Below are positions 13,524 through 25,747 of a DNA stretch of 45,573 nt, in pieces (position 1 is the stretch's first letter; each line of letters begins with the position of its first letter). The notes beneath the pieces were generated by a model. The model saw nothing but the letters and a program-made list of their open reading frames with translations. It was not told the origin of the DNA and did not search any database. The stretch lies in NCBI RefSeq assembly GCF_006345805.1, contig NW_021835206.1, positions 1 to 45,573 of the forward strand, in the 5' to 3' direction. Source of the DNA: Octopus sinensis. Its lineage: Eukaryota. A program made the translations under genes and the position numbers.

Positions 13524-13802
13524 ATCATCATCATCGTTTAACGTCCGTTTTCCATGCTAGCACGGGTTGGACAGTTTGACCGGGGTCTGGGAAGCCAGGA
13601 GGCTGCACCAGGCTCCAGTCTGATCTGGCAGTGTTTCTACAGGTGGATGACCTTCCTAACGCCAACCACTCTGAGTGTAGTGGGTGCTTTTTTTGTGCCG
13701 CCGGCACAGGTACCAGGGGGGCTGGCAGCGGCAACGATCGGATGGTGCTTTTTACGTGCCACCGGCACAGAAGCCAGTCAAGGTGGCGCTGAAATCGGCC
13801 AC
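13524..13802 (-). mobile_element. Short retroposon with RTE-type 3' end and (GAT)n tail
   Basis: Minus strand ends ...CCAACCCGTGCTAGCATGGAAAACGGACGTTAAACGATGATGATGAT; internal GGTGCTTTTT..GTGCC.CCGGCACAG duplication. Confidence 0.6.
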
Positions 13803-14047
13803 GTTTTTTTTTTACGTGCTGAAAGGAAGCAACAGAAAGTAACAACCACACTCTTTCTTAATTTGGATTTGGAAACACTAAAAAGAAGGAACTTTACCTA
13901 TCAGCGAACTTGTCGCTTCAGATGAACCACTCCAACTAAACAGTGTCAACAAATTCAAAATGCGCAGGCGTAAAATTCTGCACTCCCCATTCCACCCACG
14001 TGGTCTATCTAGCAAACATTATATTTTAACCGCGAGAACCGAGAAAT

Positions 14048-14109
14048 TTTGAGCTGACGAAAGAAATGCTGATTTATTTGGCTAATCTTGAAACGTTGAC
14101 GTACTCAAA
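14048..14109 (+). ncRNA. Type I hammerhead ribozyme with intact catalytic core
   Basis: UUUGAG-CUGACGA-AAGA..21 nt..UCUU-GAAA-CGU UG ACG U-A-CUCAAA. Helix I is 6 bp perfect, helix II is AAGA/UCUU, helix III is ACGU/ACGU, and the predicted cleavage is after GUA at 14103. Confidence 0.8.
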
Positions 14110-14386
14110 CGATCTATGTACTTGTGATATTTTTCTGTATTTACCCCCAAACCTTCGTGAGCTGTCTAGAGTAAACATTATCTGAGAGAAATTTTCTTTA
14201 AGTAGTAGAAATGCTAAGAAAATTTTTTTTGGCTGCTATTTCTACTAAGTTCAGTATGTGGCAAAGTAATTTATTTTACTAAGCCCTAATTATATAATGT
14301 AATATTTTGAATTCGCCTTAAATGGTCCTTTTACATACTGAACACTTGGTGAAATTGATTATTTAATTAATTTTACCCTCAATTGT

Positions 14387-14433
<47 letters not shown>

Positions 14434-14480
14434 ATATACATATATATATGTGTGTGTGTACATAGATACATACATACATG

Positions 14481-14527
<47 letters not shown>

Positions 14528-14529
<2 letters not shown>

Positions 14530-14742
14530 GCGCAGGAGTGGCTGTGTGGTAAGTAGCTTGCTTACCAGCCACACGGTTCAGGGTTCAGTACCACTGCATG
14601 GCACTTTGGGGAAGTGACTTCTATTATAGCCCCGGCCGACCAAAGCCTTGAATAAGTCCTGAGGGTCGATTTGCTCGACTAAAAGCGGTGCTCCAGCATG
14701 ACCGCAGTCAAATGACTGAAACAAGTAAAAGAGTAAAAGAGT
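14528..14742 (+). mobile_element. SINE family A with internal deletion
   Basis: GGGCGCAGGAGTGGCTGTGTGG...GCCTTG|AATAAGTCC...TAAAAGAGTAAAAGAG. Confidence 0.9.
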
Positions 14743-14804
14743 ATATACATATACATATATATGCACACATACATACTCACACAAACACGCACGCACAAAC
14801 ACAT

Positions 14805-14836
<32 letters not shown>

Positions 14837-14886
<50 letters not shown>
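14837..14886 (+). repeat. (TAA)n microsatellite, 5' flank of the R4/Dong element
   Basis: Translated as poly-N in the ORF track. Confidence 0.95.
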
Positions 14887-14890
<4 letters not shown>

Positions 14891-16995
14891 GTGAAGAAAC
14901 AAATGAACCAAAAAACTATAGACCCATAACCTGCTTAACAACTATGTACAAAACGCTAACATTTGTCCTGACGGAATATACCTATAGTTTTTTTACAGAC
15001 AGCAGCATATTCCCTAATGAACAGAAAGGATGTAAACGTGGATCCTACGGCTGTAAAGACCAACTACTCATCAATAAGATGATCTTAGAAGATTGTCACA
15101 AACGACACAAAAACTTATCAATAGCCTGGATAGACTATAAAAAGGCTTTTAATAGCCTACCACATAGCTGGATTAGGAAATGCCTGGAAATGTATAAGAT
15201 AGTACCTACTCTGCGAAACTTCTTGACTGTAAGTATGAGATCATGGAGAACCACACTAACTCTGAACAGTGACAATGAATCCCTAAATGCTGGTGATGCA
15301 AAAATTTCGTGTGGCATTTTCCAGGGTGACTCACTGTCACCACTCCTCTTTTGTTTATCCTTGATACCTCTCTCAAAGCTGCTCAATGATGCGCAGTATG
15401 GGTATAAAATGTTTGATAAAAATATAAATCATCTCATTTACATGGATGATTTAAAGCTTTTTGCAAAAAATGACCAACAACTCAAGGGCTTACTAGCGAT
15501 AGTCAAACAATTCAGTGACGACATCAGAATGCAATTCGGCCTCGATAAATGTGCAAAAGCTACCTTTATCAAAGGAAAAATGACAGAAACGTCTAACGTT
15601 AACCTTGACCAGCAGAATGTCATAAAAGAACTAGACCCAGCGGAGAGCTACAAGTACCTAGGGGTAATTGAAGGGAACGGAATAAGGCACTCAGAGATGA
15701 AGGAAAGGATCAGGAGAGAATGCTATCGAAGAGTGAGAGCAATACTCAAGACAGAGCTGAATGCAAGAAACAGGATCGAAGCGATCAATGCATTAGCTAT
15801 ACCAGTCGTGACTTACAGTTTCAATATTGTTAACTGGTCAATTACTGAAATATGTCAGCTCGACAGAAAAATAAGGAAACTGTTGACAATGCATAGAATG
15901 CACCACCCTAAGGCAGATACAGAACGACTCTATCTGCCAAGAAAAGAGGGAGGCCGTGGTCTTTTACAACTGGCAATAACAATGAAGATTGCTACAATTG
16001 GCCTAGACACCTACCTGAAAAACTCTGAGGACTGGATGTTAAAACTTGTCTCAAAACATGAAAACAAGAAAGCATCATACTCAGTCACAAAACATGCAAA
16101 GGAATATCTAAGTGAATTCCGAATACAACCAATTTCGGAATTAGAGATAGACATACAAGAAACAAGCACAGAAAAAGCTAGGCGCATGAAAACCCGTGCC
16201 AAAAGTGCGGCCTTAGATATTCTGAATAATAAATGGCAAGAAAAACTTCTCTATGGCAAATACCCAAAGAGAGCGAATAATGCAGATATTGACAAAGCTC
16301 TGACCCATCAATGGCTAATGGCCTCTGGCTTAAAATCTGAAACAGAGGGGTTTATCATAGCAGCTCAAGATCAATGTCTACCAACAAGAAACTACCAGGC
16401 CAACATATTAAAGAACGGCAGTAGCCCAACATGTGTATGCCGACAACAAAATGAAACAATTGATCATGTTGTCTCCAAATGCAGTCTTCTAGCGCCTACA
16501 GAGTACCTCAACAGGCATGATAGAGCTGCACAATATATTCACTGGGTAATTTGCAAAAACCTGGATTTGCCCCATGAAAAAAACTGGTGGGAACACAATC
16601 CACCCCCAGTGCTTGAAAATGACTACATCTCACTCCTCTGGAACTTCACCATTCAAACTGACAGGAAGATAGATGCAAATAGGCCAGACATCATATTGAA
16701 AGACTTCAGACAAAGAACATGCCTCCTCATTGATATGACTGTCCCAATCGATATAAACGTATCTGTCAGGACCTACCAAAAACTGAGCAAATATAAAGAT
16801 CTTGAAATAGAAATCAGCAAAATGTGGAACCTGAAGACTAAAACAATACCTGTTGTCATAGGTGCCCTGGGAATGATAGCGAAAGGGACTAATTGCTACC
16901 TAACTCAGATACCAGGAAACCCCAAAATGGCAGAAATTCAAAAAATAGTGCTCATGGGAACTGCTCATATCCTACGCAAAATACTCTCTATGTAA
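14887..16995 (+). CDS. R4/Dong-clade non-LTR retrotransposon ORF (RT, CCHC zinc knuckle, restriction-like endonuclease), 5'-truncated
   Basis: NYRPITCL, QKG, DYKKAFNS, GIFQGDSLSPLLF, YMDD (15439-15450), YKYLG, C-V-C-X8-H-X4-C (from 16432), RHD, RPD (16681) ..D..K.KY. It is 703 codons with no stop or frameshift. Confidence 0.95.
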
Positions 16996-17231
16996 TCCCA
17001 AGGTTTAAAACAAACTTTATTTATTTATTTATTTATTTATTTATTTTATTTTACTTTATTTTATTCTTTTATTTTTTATTTTATTTTTATGTATTAGACA
17101 TTCACTAGTACAACACCAAAAAAAAAAAAACCCCAAATATATGGCACAGAACTTCCAACCTGTTGTCTCTTGAGGTCTCTGGGTGAGACTTGGAGCCAAC
17201 TTGTACAGACATAAAGCAAAAGTCAAACATA

Positions 17232-17232
<1 letters not shown>
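14887..17232 (+). mobile_element. R4/Dong-like element, full inserted extent including 3' UTR
   Basis: Bounded by (TAA)n on both sides; the 3' UTR ends ...GCAAAAGTCAAACATAG|AATAATAA. Confidence 0.9.
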
Positions 17233-17263
<31 letters not shown>

Positions 17264-17295
17264 TAATAATGATAATAATAATAATAATAATAATG

Positions 17296-17392
<97 letters not shown>

Positions 17393-17400
17393 TAATAATG

Positions 17401-17434
<34 letters not shown>

Positions 17435-17479
17435 TAATAATGATAATAATAATAATAATAATAATAAATAATAATAATA

Positions 17480-17520
<41 letters not shown>

Positions 17521-17526
17521 GTAATA
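17233..17526 (+). repeat. (TAA)n/(TGA) microsatellite between two R4-type elements
   Basis: About 95 imperfect trinucleotide units. Confidence 0.95.
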
Positions 17527-18866
17527 AACAGAAGGCATATGGTTGCCAAGTGTGGTGAAATGATGAAGGCAATTCTACCTCAATCCAGCTATAAATACCT
17601 GGGAATACTCGAGGCAGATGGAATCAAACACCATGGCATGAAGGAAAAGACAAAAAGAGAGTACCTGTGGCAGGTGAGAAAAAATATTGGCTTCAAAGCT
17701 GAATGCCCGAAACATAATTTCGGCAAGAAACACGCGCGCAGTCGCAGTAGTTCGGTATGGCGCTGGAATCCTGAAGTGGACAGAAGAGGAGCTAAAGGAG
17801 GTGAACAGGTAGTCAAGAAAGCTCCTAACGATGCATGGATCCCATCATCAACGTGCAGACACTGATCGCCTTTACATGAAGAGAGCAAATGGAGAAAGAG
17901 GACTGCTAAGACTGCGTGCGTATCGAACTCGAGAGCTTAATGAGACACCAAGCCGAAAAGTAAGGAAGCCTTGCTCGTGACAGTTAGGTACAAGGGAGTA
18001 TTAAGAGCAGAGAGAAAAGGGAAAACAAAGGAAGAAGTACAAAAAGGACACGACAAAGAATTACGCAACAAGGAACTACAATCAATTCCATGTAGCCGCA
18101 ACAGAAGTTGCTGGAAAACATAGGTGGGATTGGCTGATGAAAGGAACCCTAAAAAAAGAGACCGAGAGCGGCGCAGGACCAAGCTTTGGCTGCTAATTGA
18201 AAGGACAACCTGGGGAATGAGTAAGTATCCACGCAGTGCCGCATCTGCAATAGAGTGGATGAAACCATTGCCCATCTCACGAACAAATGCCTTAGGCTTG
18301 CCCAAGACCACTACAAGTTGTGGCAACACGACCAGTTAAAAGTGGGAGCTAGAGAGAAGCAAGACATGGTATGGGCACAAACCTCAGTGAGTGACAGAAT
18401 CCGAAAATCATCTTGGATTTCCCAATCGAAACTAATTAGGTTCTATAGCATAGCAACCCGGACCTAGTGTTGGTGGACAAGATGCACCACATGTGATATG
18501 TAGTTGATGCTGCATGACCCTTTTGACCCACGAATAGTCAAGAAGGGAGGCGAAAAGATAGACAGATACAACACTCTTAAGTAAGAAATAGCCCGGCTAT
18601 GGAAAATGAAGAATGTGAAGATAGTGCCAATTATTGTTGGGTCCTTGGGAATAGTATCAGAAGGCATCAAGAGGAATATAAAGGAAATTGGAACAGAGTG
18701 CCCAGTAGAACTGTTACAAAAGGTTTGCCTCGTTGGCACGTCCAGAGTAATCAGAAAAGTATTAGAAAGCTGAAGAGAACGGATAGCATGGTACCATAGG
18801 CTGCAGGTAGTAAGCCTGCTAAGCATGCCAGACTCGAGAAGCTCCAACGAAACCCGCGAGAAAGAG
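17527..18866 (+). mobile_element. Degenerate R4/Dong-like element, second subfamily (RT thumb to 3' UTR)
   Basis: YKYLGILEADGIK...; CRICNRVDETIAHLTNKC; PDLVLVDK...KIVPIIVGSLG...RKVLES* (18773); ends AAAGAG|ATAATAA. Multiple stops and frameshifts. Confidence 0.9.
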
Positions 18867-18936
<70 letters not shown>

Positions 18937-18947
18937 TAATAATAATA

Positions 18948-18995
<48 letters not shown>

Positions 18996-19077
18996 GTGAT
19001 GGTGATGATGATGATGATGACGTTGACGATGACGATGACGACGACGACGACGATGACGATGATGGTAATGATGATGA
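18867..19077 (+). repeat. Compound (TAA)n-(GAT)n-(GAC)n microsatellite
   Basis: Direct reading; the source of the poly-I/M/T and poly-His ORFs. Confidence 0.95.
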
Positions 19078-19325
19078 ATGAACAAATGTCTTCACTGTAC
19101 CGCATTTGTAATAGAGTTTTAGAGTGGAGGAACCATTGCCCAAACGGTGAATGGATGCCCTAGACTTCGTCCAAACCCACAAATTCCTGCGGGATTTCTC
19201 AATCTAAACAGATCAAATCATAGAGCACAACAAAATCGACCCAGTAGAAGTGGATAAGGTGAACCACATGTGCCATATAATTAATGTTGATTTCCCCCTT
19301 TTACCCGCGAATAGTCAAGAAGGTT
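19078..19325 (+). mobile_element. Older fragment of the second R4-like subfamily (CCHC to endonuclease)
   Basis: CGCATTTGTAATAGAG..AACCATTGCCCA and ACCCGCGAATAGTCAAGAAGG match 18240-18270 and 18527-18545. Confidence 0.7.
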
Positions 19326-19427
19326 TTTATGCTCTGGATGTTATGGCAGCTCTTTGAAATACGACTAGAAAAGAGAGTTTATGCGTACACTAGAAAAGAT
19401 GTATGACTTTACCATCTTTTATCATAG

Positions 19428-19615
19428 TTTGGAATGTGCCAATTACCATAGACAAAGAGAGATCAAGACCAACTGAGCAGACACTGTCTACAAGAAATAC
19501 TTCTTAATGGACGTAACCATCTCAACAGCTGATAAAATATGTTTAAAAAGATGGAGAAAATATAATTATCTGGAAATAGAAATTATCCAATTATGAGATC
19601 TGAAAACAACACAAA
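19428..19615 (+). mobile_element. Highly degenerate RLE fragment of an R4-like element
   Basis: Reads approximately WNVPITIDKEIKTN*ADTV...FLMDVTI...KYNYLEIEI, paralleling WNFTIQTDRKIDANRPDI...LIDMTV...KYKDLEIEI. Confidence 0.55.
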
Positions 19616-19629
19616 TTCATACTGTTCGC

Positions 19630-20030
19630 TTTGATGTGCTTCGCCGTCCGGATTCATTGAACTGCCTTCAGTCTCTTGAATTTAAAACATGCGTCTTATT
19701 CCGGACAACGAAAACTTAATATTTCGCGTTGAAGAAATGGCTGGGCGTCAGTTTTACTGTGCGAGCAACTTTCGCGATACATTTTGCTAATCGCCTTTTA
19801 TAACTATGTGCTTTGTATCTTCAATTTTTTTTTTATGTCCGATGTATTGTTTTCCTTTAAACGACTTCCGCTTCTGGTTGTTGTCTATCGCCTCCGTCAA
19901 CTCACGCTTATCTAGTTTGCTTAATACGATCGCTGTGGAAATTCCGCGCCGAGAAAGACGCATCCATTTCCCCGTAACCAGGTTCCTGTCGTTGCATTTT
20001 ATATCGATAGGTCAAGCAAATCATAAATTT
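19630..20030 (-). mobile_element. Probable pogo/Tigger transposase N-terminal remnant
   Basis: The minus frame gives ...RRGISTAIVLSKLDKRELTEAIDNNQKRKSFKGKQY..., resembling the pogo HTH to CENP-B junction. It is frameshifted and I found no TIR. Confidence 0.35.
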
Positions 20031-20916
20031 GTGGTCTGCGTAGCCCATCAGCTAATATTTAAGACACCCCACCTTAATTTCATGTTTAACAAATTACTCA
20101 AGCTAAGATCACGATGATTCATTTTGGTTTGCCCATTCCCATCACGAAACATTCAGGAAATTCAGTCGGTTCTTTAAAGACAGTTGAAACTACATGAATA
20201 GGGTTTGCGAAGCTTTTACATTGTCCCACTTATTGTCTGTAACTGCACAACCCCTGTGTACGCTCGAGATACCATTAAAAATCGCATGCTTTCGCTAACG
20301 AGCTTCTAGCAGCTGAAGAAGTATGACTGTCGGTCTCAATCGGAGACACAAATGGCCGTTTGCCTGAAAGCACTGCCTTAACTGTTTCCGTGTCCTGGAA
20401 CTACCAACTAACTAACCATTTCCACGAAGATTATCCGTACAGTATGCTCCAAACTTTCTACAGCGACACTACCTATCTTCTCCATCTCGTCCGACAGAAA
20501 GATCTGTACATCTTGTAGTCGTCGAGAAGGATTACGAGTGTATGCGTCCTAAAAATCCATGTTTCCCATGTCTATACAATGAGGAAATGGACAAAGTAGA
20601 GAGAAAAGTTTAAAAACTACTGCCAAACGGATCCACAATATTCAATTGGACGGTGGAAACAAAATAAGCTAGCGATAAGGCTTTGCATAAAGAGTACAGT
20701 TTTGAAATACGAGTTCACAAAATTAGTTTAACAAATCATGCTTCAGCCGCGAAACCTATACAAAAAAAAAAAAGTTGTAATAAACTCAGATTCGCAACAA
20801 ACTTGCGATGGATTTTTTCGCCTGCAACAAAATAAAATTTGAGCTTCAGTTATTAGGATTTGTAGCCTGTCATCCATAATATTCGTAGCATCTATGGTTT
20901 CAGAGAACGTAAATAA

Positions 20917-21329
20917 TTCTTTTATTCTTTTTTACTTGTTTCAGTCATTTGACTGCAGCCATGCTGGAGCACCACCTCTAGTCGAGTAAATCGACCCTAG
21001 GACTTACTCTTTGTAAGCCTAGTACTTATTCTATCGGTCTCTTTTGCCGAACCGCTAAGTTACAGGGACGTAAACACATCAGCATCGGTTGTCGAGTGGT
21101 GTTGGGGGGACAAACACAGACACACAATGATACACACACACACACACATGTATATATACATATACGACAGGCTTCTTTCAGTTTCCGTCTACCAAATCCA
21201 TTCACAAGGCTTTGTTCAGCCAGAGGCTATAGTAGAAGACACTTGCCCAATATGCCACGCAGTGGGACTGAACCCGGAACCATGTGGTTGGTAAGCAAGC
21301 TACTTACCACATAGCCACTCCTGCACCTG
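20917..21329 (-). mobile_element. Full-length SINE family A with 32-bp direct flanking repeat
   Basis: ATTCGTAGCATCTATGGTTTCAGAGAACGTAA at 20881-20912 and 21330-21361. Confidence 0.9.
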
Positions 21330-21657
21330 ATTCGTAGCATCTATGGTTTCAGAGAACGTAATAATGATATCTTTTCATGGTTAGTTGAAGCCGATTTGAA
21401 AGTGCACATATCAAATTGTACGGCGTTTATAAACGTATGTTTATTGCTTCATTTTAATTGAAAGAACAAACTCCATTTTGTACAAGTCAACAGATATCAC
21501 TTGCGAACAGTCTCTCTATGCAATATATGTTGTTTACATTATAATAAACGACAAAATAGAATTGTCACGGTTTGAGGGTTAATTCTTGTGACAAAAGTCA
21601 ATGTTGACATGTTGCATTACGACGTCAAAAATAAATTTTTTAAAAATGGTTTTGCTC

Positions 21658-21658
<1 letters not shown>

Positions 21659-21688
<30 letters not shown>

Positions 21689-22005
21689 ATTTGGCTCAAA
21701 AGAAAATAGCAAGGCCATGTAGGGGGACATGGAGTTAAGTACAGGGTGGTGTTCATGTAAAGAGTTCAGGCCACTTGAGGTCCAGGGAGGCTTTGAACAA
21801 AGCGGTCGTCGGCATCTTCACCATCTCGTCTGGCAGCTTGTTCCACGGATCCGCAACCCGGACGGAGAAAGCTCCTCTCCTTCGATTGAGATGAAATCGT
21901 CGCAGGTAGAGCTTTTCGGAATGACCCCGCAGCCGACGCTCTGGAGCAGGAGTGAAGAACAGCTCTTTCGAGAGGTTACACTTTCCGCTTATGATGTAAT
22001 AGACG
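21659..22005 (-). mobile_element. CR1-clade LINE 3' end with (TAAC)n tail
   Basis: ...RLRGHSEKLYLRRFHLNRRRGAFSVRVADPWNKLPDEMVKMPTTALFKASLD... is a typical CR1 ORF2 C-terminus. Confidence 0.85.
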
Positions 22006-22580
22006 GACCTTCAAACTTTTCTGACGTTAATAATTCTCACTAAACTAAATCCAAACTCGATTCTCACAAAAACGTTTGCCTCTCTATCTATTTCCACGTT
22101 GCAGAAGAATTATTTTCTAACACGAACTGTCTGTTTAGAGAAACTTGCGACTAATTTAACTCAGCGTTTCGAAAAGAATATTTCACTTAAAATACAGAGA
22201 AAAACCGGTTAGCAAGAAATATGAAAAGAACTCTTGTATTTTTTTTATTTTCCATTTTTTACTATGTCCATTGGAATACGAAGTACCCAAATCCTTCGCA
22301 GACCCTCTAAGACTGCCGAAACTGATGCTGTTATTATTCCACTTAAGTTAACACCCGCAGGAGAGACATGTGCAGAGAGATGATAAAGAAAAAAAGGAGA
22401 AAGGATTTTAGAGAGCGGATGCTCCTAGGAAAGGGATGTTTGGATGCAGAAGTTAGTGCGAGCCTTTGAAAGTTGAGCATTACATGTGTGAGGAGAGACG
22501 AGATGAATGAGTCGGAGTATCTGAGTGTTCGAGACACGAAATTAGCTCCTCCGTGGAGCAGAGGCCGTTGTAATAATATA

Positions 22581-22812
22581 TATTTCTTTACTACCCACAA
22601 GGGGCCAAACACAGAGGGGACAAACAGGGACAGACAAACGGATTAAGTCGATTATATCGACCCCAGTGCGTAACTGGTACTTATTTAATCGACCCCGAAA
22701 GGATGAAAGGCAAAGTCGACCTCGGCGGAATTTGAACTCAGAACGTAACGGCAGACGAAATACAGCTACGCATTTCACCCGGCGTGCTAACGTTTCTGCC
22801 AGCTCGCCGCCT
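22581..22812 (-). mobile_element. SINE family B
   Basis: Near-identical to 1285-1518. Confidence 0.9.
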
Positions 22813-22865
22813 ACTGCAAGTCAATACCGCAAGGCATTTTGACCGACGCACTTACAAGGAAGCAC

Positions 22866-23157
22866 AAAAGGTAAAGACCTGTTCGGTCATTAATGACCAT
22901 GGGATTGAACCTAGAAAGTTTCCCTCCGAGGCATGAGTCCGGGTAATGTTTGTGGAAGACCAGCAGTCACCCATGCATACCAACCACCCCTTTCCGATGT
23001 TATCCAAGAGAAAGGCAAAGGCTTTCTACAGCTGAGTGAACTGTAGCAAACGTGAAATAATGTGTCTTGCTCAAGAACACAACACACAGCTCGGTCTGAG
23101 AATCGAACTCACTACCACATGATTATGAGCCCGATGCTCTAACCACTGAGCCATGCG
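22866..23157 (-). mobile_element. tRNA-derived SINE (family C/D) with 15-bp TSD
   Basis: Head GCATGGCTCAGTGGTTAGAGCATCGGGC...GAGTTCGATTC; TSD CTTACAAGGAAGCAC at 22851-22865 and 23158-23172. Confidence 0.8.
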
Positions 23158-23197
23158 CTTACAAGGAAGCACCTCAAACTGTATTAAATATATATTA

Positions 23198-23430
23198 CGG
23201 CGCCGAGCAGGCAGAAACGTTAACACGCCGGGCGAAATGCGTAGCCGTATTTCGTCTGCCGTTACGTTCTGAGTTCAAATTCCGTCGAGGTCGACTTTGC
23301 CTTTCATCCTTTCGGGGTCGATAAATTAAGTACCAGTTACGCACTGGGGTCGATCTAATCGACTTAGTCCATTTGTCCGTCCTTATTTGTCCCCTCTCTG
23401 TTTAGCCCCTTGTGGGTAATAAAGAAATAG
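23198..23430 (+). mobile_element. SINE family B
   Basis: Homologous to the other family B copies. Confidence 0.9.
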
Positions 23431-24430
23431 GTATTAAATATAGTCTTAACTACACAATGTTGGGATAAATGTTGGGATGGCTATGGAAGGAACATCCCTG
23501 ATTATAAATTTGATAAACCAGGGAGACTAAAAAGAAAACAAAAAACAAAGTCATGAGCATACATTAGATAATGTAGTTCTTGTAATTCGAGAATAACAGA
23601 CTTGATAGTCATGTTTGGAATGTCTTTGATTGCAGCGCAGCTGGATTAAGACTGACTTGGAAGGTCATTAAAAAGTTGAAGTCCTTGATGTGTTAATATG
23701 AAAAAAATTGTTTGGGTACAGATGGATCCTCTTTGAGTACATGGTACTGAAGAGGTCTAGCCGGGGGTTGAACATAAAAAAAGAAGGACCCAGTTACGCT
23801 ATATCCGTATAAGAGGTGGGATGGTCGCGGTTGGGACATTTTTAGTTGTTGATCTGCTGAGATAAAGATGGCATTAATAACAACTACACCTACAGTGCAA
23901 GTGGTTGTAGCCGCATGAAAGGGCCTGGGTTTGAAATGGTAGTCGAATCTTCCTCAAATCATGCTATATTTCGTCGCAAAGGATAAGATTAGATAGAGTT
24001 GTCTGTGGCACACTTTTGCCGTCGAATAAGATGAGAGGGTCATGGCAGGATATGTTTTGGTCTCTAAATACTTTTGCTTCGATTGAACTGCCTAGAATCA
24101 AAATAAGAACGATAACCATGACGACAACGATGACTACTACGATGACGACAAAGCCAACAACACAAACAACGACAACAACAGCTTCATCAACAACAACAAC
24201 GACAACAACATCATCAATATCAACAAAAAAACAACGACAAAAACAGGCAACTTTAACAATGCCAGAACAGAAAAAAAAATTAAAATGGCACATATTCCGA
24301 TTAAAAATTAATCCCCCAGGAAAGCAATTGTAAGAGAGGAATTTGATGAATCCGTCTTAAGCTGCAAAACATCTTAAATGTATTCCAATTTAATCCTGAC
24401 AACATAGATTATTAAAATATTTTTCGCAGC

Positions 24431-24469
<39 letters not shown>

Positions 24470-24630
24470 GGTGGTGGTGGTGGTGGTGGTGGTACAGTTC
24501 CTAGGTTTAGACCTGACTCATGATCAAAGCTGTTCCAACTTTTGTTCAGCCATAGGGTGTGTTTGTACAACACACCTACACACACGCATATACACATGCA
24601 TATATATGCATGAGTGCTGATATATATATA

Positions 24631-24669
<39 letters not shown>

Positions 24670-24780
24670 CATGACTGGGTGTGCACATATATATGCAGAT
24701 ATACTCATTTATACACACACATACACACACACACACACACACAACACACATATATATATATATGTGTGTGTGTGTGTATT

Positions 24781-24819
<39 letters not shown>

Positions 24820-24853
24820 ATGTATATATATATGTGTGTATGTGTGTGTGTCA

Positions 24854-24907
<54 letters not shown>

Positions 24908-25353
24908 TCAGGTGGTGCTATTAAGTTATACATGGCCTGGACCAATCATTGGTCGAAACATATCTAAGTTTATCTAAGTTTATATATAAACCTGATTATA
25001 CCTATATGATATTTCGCCGTTAAATTTCATGATGACCAATCGACTACCATAACAAATGAATAAGCAACTAACTAAATAAATAAATAAATTTGAGAGCAAG
25101 AAATTTAGAAAACAGAAGAAAATATCCAAAGTTCTTCTGTTCGTCGACTGGCGATCAATGAAGAGAGTAATTTTATCCACATGACACCCCAACAGGGAAC
25201 GCATCCTCGTATGGAACAAGAGAGGTACAAGTACTCTTGCCTAAATTAAACCTTTTGAGAGGTTGAAGCAATGGAAGACGAGGTAATTCATTGTTGCATA
25301 TGTGTAATATTCACAATGAATGAACGGGCAATTTATGGCTTCAAGAAGGTTTA

Positions 25354-25747
25354 GGCGCAGTAGTGGCTGTGTGGTAAGTAGCTTGCTTACCAACCACAAG
25401 GTTCCGGGTTCAGTCCCACTGCATGGCACCTTGGGCAAGTGTCTTCTACTATAGCCTCGGGCCGACCAAAGCATTGTGAGTGGATTTGGTAGATGGAAAC
25501 TGAAAGAAGCCCATCGTATATATGTATATGTATATATATATGTGTGTGTGTTTGTATGTCTGTGTTTGTCCCCACAACATCGCTTGACAGCCGATGCTGG
25601 TGTGTTTATGTCCCCGTAACTTGGCGGTTCGGCAAAAGAGACCGATAGAATAAGTCCTGGGGTCGAATTGCTCGACTAAAGGCGATGCTTCAGCATGGCC
25701 GCAGTCAGATGACTGAAACAAATAAAAGAGTAAAAGAGTAAAAGAAT
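25354..25747 (+). mobile_element. Full-length SINE family A
   Basis: Runs from the head to a (TAAAAGAG)n tail. Confidence 0.9.

Noticed and set aside
14761-14886. ATG at 14761 as the natural start of the retrotransposon ORF
   Set aside because: The first 42 codons are microsatellite; RT homology begins at 14887.
17056-19182. Poly-Y/L/I, poly-His and poly-Ser ORFs
   Set aside because: These are alternative frames of (TAA)n/(GAT)n/(GAC)n tracts.
24925-24970. GACCA-ATCAT-TGGTC-GAAA-CATATCT-A
   Set aside because: Good helix II, but the CUGANGA core is absent and helix I does not pair.
25100-25232. Possible short host exon (KTEENIQSSSVRRLAINEE...)
   Set aside because: Weak splice sites and no recognisable homology; it needs RNA-seq support.
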